Source of the DNA: Candidatus Woesebacteria bacterium
GTDB taxonomy: Bacteria > Patescibacteriota > Microgenomatia > UBA12405
Length of the DNA: 64,000 bases
NCBI GenBank assembly: GCA_035402805.1
Contig: DAONDY010000002.1
Span: 149,963 to 213,962 of the forward strand
Direction: 5' to 3'
Shown: one piece after another, positions 27,439 through 37,543 of the stretch
How the letters are laid out: each line of letters opens with the position of its first letter
Position numbering within the stretch: position 1 is the first letter of the stretch
Notes under the pieces: model-generated
Databases searched by the model: none
What the model was told of the DNA's origin: nothing
What the model saw: the letters and a program-made list of their open reading frames with translations, nothing else
Program-made: the position numbers and the translations under genes

Positions 27439-29808
27439 ATGGAAAATTTCAAGGAAATAGAAAATAAATGGAAAAAAATTTGGGAAGAAAACAAAGAATT
27501 GTATCGGGCTGATGATAATTCAAAAAAAACTAAAAAATATATTTTAGTTGAATTCCCATATCCAAGTGGCAGTGGTTTGCATGTTGGTCATGCTTTTAGT
27601 TTTACTGGTGGAGATGTTTATGCTCGATTTAAGAGAATGCAGGGAGAAAATGTTCTATTTCCGATGGGATGGGATGCTTTTGGTTTACCAACTGAAAACT
27701 ATGCCATTAAGATGAAGAAAAAACCTCAAGAAGTGACTAAAGAAAATACAGATATGTTTAGAAATCAGATGAAAGATTTGGCTTTTTCTTTTGATTGGAG
27801 TCGAGAAGTGAATACTACAGATCCTAGTTATTATAAATGGACTCAATGGATTTTTATTCAATTGTTTAAAAATAAGTTGGCTTACAAAAAAGAAATGCCA
27901 ATTAATTGGTGTTCATCTTGTAAAATCGGTTTAGCTAATGAAGAAGTAGTTGATGGAAAATGTGAGCGTTGTGGAGCGGAAGTAAGCCGAAGAAATATAT
28001 CCCAATGGGTAGTGAAAATAACAGATTACGCTGATAAATTAATTGAAGGATTAAAAGAAACTAATTTTATAGATAAAGTTAAACAGGCTCAAATTAATTG
28101 GATTGGAAAAAGTGAAGGAGCGAAGATTAAATTTCAAATAAAGGATAAAAATGAGAGTTTAGAGGTGTTTACGACTAGACCGGACACATTACCAGGAGTA
28201 ACTTTTATGGTAATTGCACCAGAACATGAATTAGTAAATAAATTGGACAACCAAGAAATTAAAGATTACGTTAAAAATTCCAGGAAAAAGAGTGATTTAG
28301 AAAGAACGGAACTTTCCAAAGATAAAACAGGAGTATTCTCAGGATTATATGCGATTAATCCAATTAATCAAAAACAGATTCCTATTTGGATTAGTGATTT
28401 TGTTTTGGCCAGTTATGGAACTGGAGCTATTATGGCAGTCCCAGCTCATGATGAGAGAGATAAAGAGTTTGCTAAAAAGTTTGGGCTAGAAATAATTAGT
28501 GTTTACGATGAAAATGATAAATCATATAGTATAGAGACAGAAAAAAAGAAAATGATTGAGTGGATAAAAGAAAAGGGAATTGGGGAAGGAACATCAAGTT
28601 ATCATTTGAGAGATTGGATATTTAGTAGACAGCATTATTGGGGTGAACCAATACCAATGGTTAATTGTCCAAAATGTGGAATGGTGCCAGTTTCCGAAAG
28701 TGATTTGCCAATTGTATTACCAGAAGTGGAAGCTTATGAACCAACCGATGATGGACAAAGTCCTTTATCACAAATGACAGATTGGGTTAAAACTATATGT
28801 CCTAAGTGTGGTGGACAAGCTATTAGGGAAACAGATACCATGCCAAACTGGGCAGGTAGTGATTGGTATTTTTTGAGATATATTGATCCACATAATGATA
28901 CAGAAATAGCTAGTCAAGAGTTAATGAAATATTGGAGTCCAGTTGATGTTTATATAGGTGGAGATGAACATAATGTATTGCATTTGCTTTATTCTCGGTT
29001 TATTTATAAATTTTTGTGTGATTTGGGAGTAGTACCAAAGGAATATCCAGAACCATATATTAAAAGGATGTCTCATGGGGTAATTTTAGGTCCAAATAAT
29101 CAAAGGATGAGTAAGTCTAAGGGTAATGTAATTGTGCCAGAGAGTGTGGCTGATAAGTATGGCGTGGATGTGGTGAGAATGTATTTAATGTTTATGGGAC
29201 CATTTGATTCAACTATGGCTTGGAATGAAAAGACTTTGATGGGAGTGAAGAGGTTTTTGGATAGATTTGAGAAATTTATCAATTATCAATTATCAATTAT
29301 CAATCAGAATCAAAAGGAGACTGATAGCAGTAGAGAAGTTAAGGTGATAATAAACAAGCTAATTGATGGGGTTACAGAAGATTTGAATGGTTTTAAATAC
29401 AACACGGCGATTGCTAAAATAATGGAAACTCTAAATAAAATTTCCAATGACAAATATCCAATTTCCAATGAAGATTTAGAAAAGTTAATTAAATTATTGT
29501 CACCATTTGCTCCTTATTTAGCAGAAGAATTGTGGAGTGAATTAGGAAATAATACGTCTGTTCATGCCTCTGAGTGGCCTGTGGTTGATAAAAAATATTT
29601 AGTTGAAGATGAAATAACAGTCATGGTGGCTATAAATGGCAAGGTTAGAGATCAGATGTCAGTTGACAGATCTCAGATATCAGATGAAAAAGAAATAATT
29701 AAAAAAGCAAAAGAATTAGAAAATATAAAAAAATGGATTGGAGACAAAAAGATAGTTAAAGAGATATATGTCCTAAGTAAAATGATTAATTTTGTTATAC
29801 TGGATTGA
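27439..29808 (+). CDS. leuS: Leucine--tRNA ligase
   Basis: FPYPSGSGLHVGH, GWDAFGLP.EN, FTTRPDT, GTGAIMAVPAHD.RD, RDW.FSRQ.YWG, RMSKSKGN. Confidence 0.97.
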   Translation: MENFKEIENKWKKIWEENKELYRADDNSKKTKKYILVEFPYPSGSGLHVGHAFSFTGGDVYARFKRMQGENVLFPMGWDAFGLPTENYAIKMKKKPQEVTKENTDMFRNQMKDLAFSFDWSREVNTTDPSYYKWTQWIFIQLFKNKLAYKKEMPINWCSSCKIGLANEEVVDGKCERCGAEVSRRNISQWVVKITDYADKLIEGLKETNFIDKVKQAQINWIGKSEGAKIKFQIKDKNESLEVFTTRPDTLPGVTFMVIAPEHELVNKLDNQEIKDYVKNSRKKSDLERTELSKDKTGVFSGLYAINPINQKQIPIWISDFVLASYGTGAIMAVPAHDERDKEFAKKFGLEIISVYDENDKSYSIETEKKKMIEWIKEKGIGEGTSSYHLRDWIFSRQHYWGEPIPMVNCPKCGMVPVSESDLPIVLPEVEAYEPTDDGQSPLSQMTDWVKTICPKCGGQAIRETDTMPNWAGSDWYFLRYIDPHNDTEIASQELMKYWSPVDVYIGGDEHNVLHLLYSRFIYKFLCDLGVVPKEYPEPYIKRMSHGVILGPNNQRMSKSKGNVIVPESVADKYGVDVVRMYLMFMGPFDSTMAWNEKTLMGVKRFLDRFEKFINYQLSIINQNQKETDSSREVKVIINKLIDGVTEDLNGFKYNTAIAKIMETLNKISNDKYPISNEDLEKLIKLLSPFAPYLAEELWSELGNNTSVHASEWPVVDKKYLVEDEITVMVAINGKVRDQMSVDRSQISDEKEIIKKAKELENIKKWIGDKKIVKEIYVLSKMINFVILD

Positions 29809-29919
29809 GTATTCTGATAGGGTACATAAAAATTACTCAATAAAAGATAACAGAATATATCAAGCAGAAGATTATTTCAACTGCTAATGTAATCAAAATT
29901 GGTTAAAAGATGGGAAAAT

Positions 29920-31152
29920 ATGAATAAAATGAAAAGCTTTAAATTAAATAATGGAATTAGAGGGATAATTGTCCCAATGCCGGGTTTAAAGTCGGTAACT
30001 ATTGAGGTTTTTTTAAAAATTGGTTCTAAATATGAGAATAAAGGTGAATTTGGATTAAGTCATTTTTTGGAACATATGGCTTTTAAAGGGACTGAAAAAA
30101 GACCAACAGCGACAGATATAAATAGGGAAATTGATAGTAAAGGAGCTTCTTATAATGCAGGAACTGGACATGAAATGACTTCTTACTACATAACCACAGT
30201 TAAAGAGAATGCACCATGGGCAATTGAATTAATTTCAGATATTCTTTTTAACTCGTTTTATGACGAAAAAGAAACAATAAAGGAACGAGGAGTTATTATG
30301 GAAGAGATTAGAATGTATCAAGATAATCCAATGATGGGATTAAGTGGCGAATTTACCAAGTTTTTATATCAAGATAATTCAAATATTGGTTGTTGGAATA
30401 TTGCTGGTGAAGTGTCAGATATTAAAAATGTTGATCGAAAAATAATTATTGATTATAGAAATAAGTTTATTAACCCAAAAGAAATGGTGGTGGTGGTTTG
30501 TGGAGACGTGGATAATGAATTGGAAAAAGTAATTAAAGATAATTTTGGTGGTTTTTCTAAAGATGAATCGGCATTGCCAGAGGTGAAATTAATTTTGAAT
30601 AAAGAAAAAAATATGGTGATTAAAAAAGAATTAGAGCAAGGCCATTTTTGTATGGGGGTTCCAGCTTTGGGTTGGTCTGATAAGCGAAAATACTCTTTAA
30701 AATTATTAGATATAGTTTTAGATGGAAATAGTTCTTCTCGACTTTATACTAAAATTAGAGAGGAAAGAGCTTTGGCTTATTATGTATCGCCAGTTGGAGA
30801 GATGTTTAAAGAGGGTGGTTACTGGGCAATTCAATCGGGAGTTAATTTAGACAAGATAGATGAGGCTATGGAAGTAGTAACTGAAGAAATAGGGATAATA
30901 GCTGATTCTATTAAGGAAGACGAATTAAAGAGGGCTAAGGATTACCTTTTAGGTAAGATGAAGTTATCAATGGATAAAACGGGTTTTGTTTCAGGATATG
31001 TGGGTCAAAAATTACTTTTGGAAAATAGTGAAGAAACATTAGAAGAAGAATTAAAGAAATATAATGAAACTTCTTTAAAAGAAGTAAAGGATTTAGCTAA
31101 GGAAATATTTAAAAAGGAAGAAATTAGGACTTTGGTGTGTCATAACAGGTAA
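29920..31152 (+). CDS. M16 family zinc peptidase
   Basis: HFLEHMAFKGT (HxxEH), SSRLY..IREER.LAY; start codon uncertain. Confidence 0.93.
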   Translation: MNKMKSFKLNNGIRGIIVPMPGLKSVTIEVFLKIGSKYENKGEFGLSHFLEHMAFKGTEKRPTATDINREIDSKGASYNAGTGHEMTSYYITTVKENAPWAIELISDILFNSFYDEKETIKERGVIMEEIRMYQDNPMMGLSGEFTKFLYQDNSNIGCWNIAGEVSDIKNVDRKIIIDYRNKFINPKEMVVVVCGDVDNELEKVIKDNFGGFSKDESALPEVKLILNKEKNMVIKKELEQGHFCMGVPALGWSDKRKYSLKLLDIVLDGNSSSRLYTKIREERALAYYVSPVGEMFKEGGYWAIQSGVNLDKIDEAMEVVTEEIGIIADSIKEDELKRAKDYLLGKMKLSMDKTGFVSGYVGQKLLLENSEETLEEELKKYNETSLKEVKDLAKEIFKKEEIRTLVCHNR

Positions 31153-31413
31153 ATGTTCTGATATTTAGCAATCGATTTTTTAACTGCTAAGATTATTTTC
31201 ATTTTATAATTAACGGTTTTTTTGGGATTAATTATACTCTTTAGAGTGTTTAAAAAGTTTTATTAAAAAGGATTAATATGATAATGGAAGATAATTTTTA
31301 GGCTTAAAAATGATTTTAATTGATATATTAACTAGTTAGCTTTGTAAGGTATTTTTGTTATTTTAAGTGATTTATAAAAAATAATAGTTTATTAAACTTA
31401 TAATGTACTTTAA

Positions 31414-31592
31414 TGCGGTAAATAAGTTTCATTTAAGTAATAAAAGATATATTTAGGTAGGTGTTTTATTTTATAGTATGTGCGGAGAAAAAAATAATGA
31501 AAAATATCAAAAGAAAGTGCGGTAAATAGGAAAATATATGCGGAAAAACTTAATTCTTGAGATCAAAATATGCGGTTAATCAGTGTGGAAGT
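31414..31592 (+). promoter_or_regulatory. Cluster of co-oriented TGCGGWDAA motifs (DnaA-box-like) in an AT-rich intergenic region
   Basis: TGCGGTAAA 31414, TGCGGAGAA 31481, TGCGGTAAA 31518, TGCGGAAAA 31539, TGCGGTTAA 31571, TGTGGAAGT 31584. Confidence 0.45.
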
Positions 31593-31663
31593 GTCCTCAG
31601 GGGGAATTGAACCTCCATTCCAGGTTTAGGAAACCTGTGTTCTATCCGTTAAACTATAAGGAC
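31592..31663 (-). tRNA. tRNA-Arg (anticodon CCT)
   Basis: Cloverleaf: GTCCTTA/TGAGGAC acceptor, CAGGT-TTCCTAA-ACCTG anticodon arm, GGTTCAATTCC T-arm. Confidence 0.95.
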
Positions 31664-31717
31664 TTATTAAAATTTCTAATTTCCAATGACAAATGTCAAA
31701 AGTTAATTAGAACGGGG

Positions 31718-31791
31718 TCGGGGATACTGGATTCGAACCAGCAACCTCAGCGTCCCGAACGCTGCACGCTAGCCAATTGCGCCAATCCCCG
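31718..31791 (-). tRNA. tRNA-Pro (anticodon CGG)
   Basis: CGGGGAT/ATCCCCG acceptor, CAGCG-TTCGGGA-CGCTG anticodon arm, GGTTCGAATCC. Confidence 0.96.
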
Positions 31792-32009
31792 AAAATAAAG
31801 AATAAGTTTATTATAACTCATGATGTATAAAGTATATTTTTTACTTATTTTGATATTTTTTACAATTTTTTACTAATAGCAACTTAGCAGTCAAAGTCTA
31901 GATTGCTAATGATGATTTTGTTTTTATTTATTGAGTTTTATGGAGATAAATATAGTTTTAATAACTAAGTCTTGACACTTAGTTTGTTTTTTTCTAGACT
32001 GTTTAATAT

Positions 32010-32246
32010 ATGACAGATCATGATAGAAATATGAGAACCTTAGTTTTATGTTTTGTATTAGCAATAATGGCTTTAATACCTTTAAGAGTGATTGAATACA
32101 GTCAAGATGTATCAGAAGTATCTTCAACACAGGTTCTAGGTGAAACGGTTCAACAACAGCTTGAAATAGTGCTACCTAACGGAGAATTGAATGTCAATCA
32201 ACTTAACTACGGTGACGAGATAACGGAAAAAGATTTACTTTATTAA
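32010..32246 (+). CDS. Small single-TM hypothetical protein (QVLG motif)
   Basis: TM helix then acidic tail; TTGACA upstream. Confidence 0.6.
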   Translation: MTDHDRNMRTLVLCFVLAIMALIPLRVIEYSQDVSEVSSTQVLGETVQQQLEIVLPNGELNVNQLNYGDEITEKDLLY

Positions 32247-32255
32247 AAAGAATTT

Positions 32256-33455
32256 CTATCTAATAGAAATAGAATAGAGGTTTTCTTGAGCGTTGTTGTA
32301 AGGAGCGGTTAAGGTAATAATTTTACTGCCATCAAGCCAAGGATAAACTACATTTTTATCAAAATTACCAGCAAAAAGGGTAAGTTTATTAGTATTATCG
32401 TACTCAACAGTTTGAATTTTCTGATCTTCAGTATAAATAAGATTATAAGAATTAGCTAGCCAATTGAGATTTTGTAAACTAGAATCGCCGATCCAAAAAT
32501 TAGTGTCATCTTTAATATCATAAACGTAATAATTGTCTTTTTTAATGTCTCGTGATTGATTTTGAGTTGATTGAGCTGGAGGTGGGGAAATTAAATCTTT
32601 TTGAAGGTTAGCGTCGGTTTTAGCTAAATAAAGAACTTTGGTATCATCATCGCTAAAAAGGATGTTTTTAGCTGAAGTAGTAGAGGTAATAGCTTGGATT
32701 TCTTTGGGAATAAGAGTAATTTTAGCTTTAATAAGTTGTTCTTCTTGATTTTGCCATTCTTCTTTAATCAGGGTTAATTTTGCAGTAACATCGTATAAGT
32801 TTTTGTAATCAGTAGTGGAATCTAGATTGATAAGATAATTAGTATTGTTACTAATATTTTTAGCTAATATTTGGCGGGAGTTGGGAGAAAAAGTAAAAGT
32901 GAACTTGGACCAATCTAAATTTGATAAATTTGAACTTAATTGACGAGCTGTATTTTTGGCTAAAAAGTTGACATTATTACTTAATTCAAGTAAGTATAGA
33001 CCGTTATCTTTAGTGGCTGAAGCTGAAGCAACGGAAAAAACAACTAAGGAACCGTCTGGGCTGACAGCAGGATTAATGGCACCGGTTAAAGTTACAGGTT
33101 TAAGATCTGGAGCAGAACGGAAAAGTTGAGCATCGCTTTGATAGACAATCTCTTTTTTAATTTGAATGTTTTTTTGCCAAGGTAAATAACCATCTTTGAT
33201 AATTTTGATGGTGTATTCGTCTGGAACAAGATTAATAGTATCATCGGTGGCAGTAATTAGACGATCATTAATATAGACAGAAGCGGCTTTAGGGCGGGAA
33301 GTGGCAGAAATGATACCAGTAGCTAAAAAGCTAATCTTACCCTTAGTAGAAATTTGGTAACCTCTGGCAAAAAATGAAATAACATAAGTAGCGGTAATGA
33401 TTAAAATAATGACCAAAAGAATGACGGATAAGCTTTTTTTATCTAGTGTAGACAT
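32256..33455 (-). CDS. PEGA domain + TolB-like beta-propeller membrane-anchored protein
   Basis: ARGY...TGII.ATS.P..ASVYIND...Y.IKI.KDGY.PW.K; SPDG/FSPN propeller turns. Confidence 0.85.
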   Translation of the reverse strand: MSTLDKKSLSVILLVIILIITATYVISFFARGYQISTKGKISFLATGIISATSRPKAASVYINDRLITATDDTINLVPDEYTIKIIKDGYLPWQKNIQIKKEIVYQSDAQLFRSAPDLKPVTLTGAINPAVSPDGSLVVFSVASASATKDNGLYLLELSNNVNFLAKNTARQLSSNLSNLDWSKFTFTFSPNSRQILAKNISNNTNYLINLDSTTDYKNLYDVTAKLTLIKEEWQNQEEQLIKAKITLIPKEIQAITSTTSAKNILFSDDDTKVLYLAKTDANLQKDLISPPPAQSTQNQSRDIKKDNYYVYDIKDDTNFWIGDSSLQNLNWLANSYNLIYTEDQKIQTVEYDNTNKLTLFAGNFDKNVVYPWLDGSKIITLTAPYNNAQENLYSISIR

Positions 33456-33482
33456 AGATGTATTATAACTTATAATTGAGGT

Positions 33483-34484
33483 ATGAATTTGTTTAAAAAG
33501 CTAGCAATTGATTTGGGAACGGCCAATAGTGTGGTTTGGGAGGCAGGGAAGGGTATAGTCTTAAATGAACCAACAATTGTGGCGGTGGGAATTGAAGATA
33601 GAAAAGTATTAGCGGTAGGGAATGAAGCTAAAAAAATGTTGGGAAAAACACCAGAATATATAGAAGTGATTCAGCCGTTAGAAGATGGGGTGATCGCCGA
33701 TTATGAAGTAACTGAGGCAATGCTTCGTTATTTTATGAAGCAGGTAATGGGAAATAATTGGTTTATTGGGCCTGAAGTGATGGTTTGTGTTCCGGCAGGG
33801 GTGACTCAAGTAGAACAAAGGGCAGTAATAGACGCCAGTTTGTCGGCGGGAGCTAGAAAGGCCTATCTTATCGATGAACCTTTAGCAGCGGCGATTGGGG
33901 CTAAGATTCCGGTATCTGAGGCCTTTGGTAATATGATTGTAGATATCGGTGGTGGAGCGGCAGAAGCGGCGGTAATTGCTTTAGGAGGAGTGGTGACGCA
34001 CAAAAGTGTTCGGGTGGGAGGAAATAAACTAGATAAGATGATAATGGATTTTTTGAAGAAGAAGCATAGTTTAGTAATCGGTGATCAAACGGCAGAAACA
34101 ATAAAAATTCAATTGGGAAGTGCCATTAAACCAAAAAAGCTGGAAACGATGGAAATAAATGGTAGAGATTCCATTTATGGGTTGCCTAAAAATGTGACTG
34201 TTAGTTCGGATGAAATTTATGAAGCTTTAAGACCAACCTTGGAGTCGATTATTTTAGTTATAAAAGATACTTTAGAAATTACTCCTCCAGAGTTAGTGGC
34301 GGATATTGTTGACAGAGGAATAGTTTTGAGTGGCGGGTCGGCTCAATTAAGGGGTCTAAATACTTTGATAACTCGAGAAATTGGGGTGTCGGCTCATGTG
34401 GCAATTGAGCCACAATTTTGTGTGATTAAAGGGACAGGAATTGCCATAGAAAATTTGGACATATATCAGCGGGCGATTAGGTGA
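33483..34484 (+). CDS. mreB: Rod shape-determining protein MreB
   Basis: IDLGTAN, GVIADY, EPLAAAIGA, DIGGG, GIVLSGG. Confidence 0.95.
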   Translation: MNLFKKLAIDLGTANSVVWEAGKGIVLNEPTIVAVGIEDRKVLAVGNEAKKMLGKTPEYIEVIQPLEDGVIADYEVTEAMLRYFMKQVMGNNWFIGPEVMVCVPAGVTQVEQRAVIDASLSAGARKAYLIDEPLAAAIGAKIPVSEAFGNMIVDIGGGAAEAAVIALGGVVTHKSVRVGGNKLDKMIMDFLKKKHSLVIGDQTAETIKIQLGSAIKPKKLETMEINGRDSIYGLPKNVTVSSDEIYEALRPTLESIILVIKDTLEITPPELVADIVDRGIVLSGGSAQLRGLNTLITREIGVSAHVAIEPQFCVIKGTGIAIENLDIYQRAIR

Positions 34485-34751
34485 TATATTTAAAAAAAAT
34501 ATCCTGTAAAATATCAATTTTTATTTTTTGGTGTCTAACTATTATATATATTATGAGTTTTAATTTTAATTTTTATTTTTAAATTATTAATTTTTAATAT
34601 TTTTAAATAAATTTCCTAATTTATCATTAAAGTAATAGAGTATAATTTTTGTTCAATTAATTAAATTTGGCCATAAAATAATTTTGGCTAATGTAACTTA
34701 TAAGGGGAGAATCTTAAAAGAGTGATATATTTAAAAAAAATATCCTGTAAA
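34481..34751 (+). repeat. 30-bp exact direct repeat (34481-34510, 34722-34751) flanking a very AT-rich spacer
   Basis: GTGATATATTTAAAAAAAATATCCTGTAAA occurs twice; the first copy includes the mreB stop. Confidence 0.85.
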
Positions 34752-34833
34752 TTTTCAGTATAAGAGCAAAATTTAATCAAAAAAATGATTTTTTTGATGA
34801 TAAAATTAATTAATAAGACTTATAAAATAAAAA

Positions 34834-35649
34834 ATGGTGAAAAAAAATAGCTTTAGAGCTCAAAAAAGGGCGAATATCGATAAGGATTTTAGCCTAAGCT
34901 TTTGGAAAATATTCAATATTTCACTGTTTGGCAGAGGGATGACTGAAGTGCTAAAGATAGTGGAAAATTGGCTTGAGTCTGAAGCTAAAAGTAAGTGGAT
35001 AGCGACGGTTAATCCAGAATTTGTAATGGAGGCTTTAAAAAATGATCAGTTTCGACAGATTTTGAGTCAAACTGATTTAAATGTAGTTGATGGGGTGGGG
35101 TTGCTTTGGGCCAGGGAAGTAAAAAATGGTAAAAGCTGGTTTAGGGCGGGAATGGAAATAATTAAAGGAAAACACCGTGAAGGACTGGTATCAGGGTCAG
35201 ATTTAATCCCAGAATTGTGTAAATTAGCAATAAAGAAAAATTATAAGGTATTTTTCTTGGGAGGATTTAACGATAGAGCCGAGAGAACGGCAAAATACTT
35301 TAAACTTCAAATGCCAGGTTTAAAATGTCAGTTTAGTGAAGGTGAACCGAATATAAAAAATGAAGAAGTATTAAAAAAAATAAACGAATTTAAACCAGAC
35401 ATTTTATTTGTGGCTTATGGGATGAAAAAGCAGGAAGAATGGATTAAAAATAATCGAAACAAGGCTGATTTTGGGGTGGCGATTGGAGTGGGAAGGAGTT
35501 TTGATTATTATAGTGGAGACTTAAAAAGAGCCCCAAAAATGGTAAGAAAAATGGGAATGGAATGGCTATATTCTTTAGTGAAAGAGCCAAAAAGATTTAA
35601 AAGACAATTGGTTTTACCTAAGTTTATGTGGAAGGTTTTAAAGGGCTGA
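34834..35649 (+). CDS. WecB/TagA/CpsF (GT26) glycosyltransferase
   Basis: TVNPE, DGVG, GSDL, VAYG..KQEEW, GVG.SFD, RAP..G.EWLY. Confidence 0.93.
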   Translation: MVKKNSFRAQKRANIDKDFSLSFWKIFNISLFGRGMTEVLKIVENWLESEAKSKWIATVNPEFVMEALKNDQFRQILSQTDLNVVDGVGLLWAREVKNGKSWFRAGMEIIKGKHREGLVSGSDLIPELCKLAIKKNYKVFFLGGFNDRAERTAKYFKLQMPGLKCQFSEGEPNIKNEEVLKKINEFKPDILFVAYGMKKQEEWIKNNRNKADFGVAIGVGRSFDYYSGDLKRAPKMVRKMGMEWLYSLVKEPKRFKRQLVLPKFMWKVLKG

Positions 35650-35758
35650 TTTCTATCCTATAATCTTGACTTCAATTTTTTTAGAGTTATAATGCTGTGG
35701 CTATTACCAAAATATGGTAATAAGTATCGCTCTTTTAAAAAAAGAAAGGAAAGTGGCT

Positions 35759-36352
35759 ATGTTTACTAGAGAAGTGGATTTGGGAAAAATTAAAAACGTG
35801 AGTATTTGGGAGTATGAGGAACTAAGGGGAATTGTTAATACTTCCAGTGGGAATCTCTTCCTACTGATGGAGGAGGATGGTGGATTATCTCGGTTTAAAG
35901 GATCTTTTCTCAGAAGGGATATAAAAAGAGGATTCCCTCTGAAAAACGGAAACAAAATTCTGGTTAGGCATTTTTGCGACGTTATTGTTGCAAATAATTC
36001 TCTTCTATTGTTTCCGGAGACAAAAGACTTTGGGTTTTTCGCCGATGTTCTGGCAGACAGTACCCAAAAAAAATGTGATTACATGTCCTTTAGATCGGCA
36101 TCGGTTAGAAGTTTCACGGTTATTGACCTTGAAGAATTAACTCTGACTGATGTTAGGATTTTTCCCACCTCGATGCCGAATCCTGAAGATTTTGATTTTT
36201 TGAGAGATCCGAAGTCATTTTTGGTTGTTGACGGTAAAAGTCAGAAACTGGTTCGAAATGGGGAAACAATCGACTTGTCGCAAGTTCCGGCTAAAATTAA
36301 AATTTCTCCAATGGCGGAGAAACTTATTTTATCGGGGCTGTTAACGCACTAA
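35759..36352 (+). CDS. Hypothetical protein (ORFan)
   Basis: Own TTGACT/TATAAT promoter (35666-35693), AAGGAA SD before ATG 35759, long downstream hairpin 36361-36425. Confidence 0.65.
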   Translation: MFTREVDLGKIKNVSIWEYEELRGIVNTSSGNLFLLMEEDGGLSRFKGSFLRRDIKRGFPLKNGNKILVRHFCDVIVANNSLLLFPETKDFGFFADVLADSTQKKCDYMSFRSASVRSFTVIDLEELTLTDVRIFPTSMPNPEDFDFLRDPKSFLVVDGKSQKLVRNGETIDLSQVPAKIKISPMAEKLILSGLLTH

Positions 36353-36428
36353 CTTTTTTTAAAGAAGGAGACTATATCTGAATTTGCTTTTTGAAGCAAA
36401 ATCATTTACTAGTCTCCCTTTTTTTGGT

Positions 36429-37217
36429 CTAAAACTCTCCAAGTAATTTAATTTCAAGCTTAAGAGTGATGCCGAGTTTTTCTTTGGCTTGAGATTGAAT
36501 TAGTTGAATTAATTTAAAATAATCGGTAGCAGTGGCGTGGCCATTATTAACAATAAAATTAGCGTGGCTGGAGCTAATTTGAGCATCGCCAATACTAAAA
36601 CCTTTGAGATTTAATTGTTGATCGATAATTTGGCCGGTAGGTAATTGATTGGGAATATTTTTAAAAACACAACCGAGAGAATTCATGGGTTGAATTGCGG
36701 ATTTTTTTTGAATAATGTCTTGAACCTGTTTTTGGGCTAAAGATGGGTCACCTGGAGTTAATTTTAAAACTGCACAAACAATAAAGTCGCCGAATTTTTC
36801 AAGCGAATCGATAAATTGAGAAAAATGATTTTTGTTAATTCCATGAATGTCGCCAATAATGGCACCGCCGACAGTGGAGGGAATATAGGCAAATTCTTCC
36901 AAACCTAAAAGGTGATGATCAAGGCTGTAATTGATTAGAGATGATAGTTGAGTACCAGAAGAAACCCTAACTTTATCCTGATCCATAATCTCCATTTCTT
37001 CGGAATCGTTTTTAATAACTAAACCGCGAATGCCAGAATCAGAAATCAAGACATTAGAACCATTTCCTAATATAGTAATAGGTAAATTATTTTTTTGGCC
37101 ATATTGTAGAGCTTCAACAAATTCATCGGTAGTTTTGGTATGAATGAAAAAATCAGCTGGACCACCAATTTTAACGGTGGTGTAAGGGGCGAGGATGATG
37201 TTTTTTTGAATATCCAT
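36429..37217 (-). CDS. murB: UDP-N-acetylmuramate dehydrogenase (compact)
   Basis: KIGGPA, LGNGSNVL.SD.G, IPSTVGGA, SLGCVFKN, HANFIVN. Confidence 0.92.
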   Translation of the reverse strand: MDIQKNIILAPYTTVKIGGPADFFIHTKTTDEFVEALQYGQKNNLPITILGNGSNVLISDSGIRGLVIKNDSEEMEIMDQDKVRVSSGTQLSSLINYSLDHHLLGLEEFAYIPSTVGGAIIGDIHGINKNHFSQFIDSLEKFGDFIVCAVLKLTPGDPSLAQKQVQDIIQKKSAIQPMNSLGCVFKNIPNQLPTGQIIDQQLNLKGFSIGDAQISSSHANFIVNNGHATATDYFKLIQLIQSQAKEKLGITLKLEIKLLGEF

Positions 37218-37233
37218 ACTTGTATTATCTCAT

Positions 37234-37326
37234 TAAATTAAATTCTCGTCACAAATTTTTTATGTCTGGTGAATGTGGTCGCCCACGTTCAAGGACACAA
37301 AAAATTGTGTCTTCGAACTTAATTTA
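37234..37326. repeat. Dispersed hairpin, family B copy 2
   Basis: CTCGTCACAAATTTTTTATGTCTGGTGAATGTGG-TCGC-CCACGTTCAAGGACACAAAAAATTGTGTCTTCG. Confidence 0.85.
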
Positions 37327-37414
37327 TGTCTTATAAAATAATATTTTTGAGATAATAAAAAATTATGGGTTGTTGATGTGGAAAAGTGGAGAAAATTTGA
37401 TTTGTCCTATAATT

Positions 37415-37530
37415 AAATCCCTCTTGTCCTGCGGACATCCTCCCTCAACGAGGGCGGAAGTCTTTTTATTTTTCTCCCTTTGTTAAGGGGAGATGTCTCC
37501 ACGCTAACGCGGGGAGACAGAGAGGATTTT
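37415..37530. repeat. REP-like doublet, family A copy 2
   Basis: Same 26-bp core at 37471-37496 and ACAGAGAGGATT end; inverted left half AAATCCCTCT...CATCCTCCCT. Confidence 0.85.
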
Positions 37531-37543
37531 GATACAATGAATT

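Noticed and set aside
31583-31798. 71-aa ORF
   Set aside because: Antisense shadow of two tRNA genes.
34680-34710. Chromosomal dif site
   Set aside because: Only the TAA-N6-TTA spacing fits; the XerD arm (TTATGTTAAAT) is not matched.
36346-36430. Long hairpins after ORFans as integron attC sites
   Set aside because: No matching RYYYAAC/GTTRRRY core pair, no tandem cassette array and no integrase.
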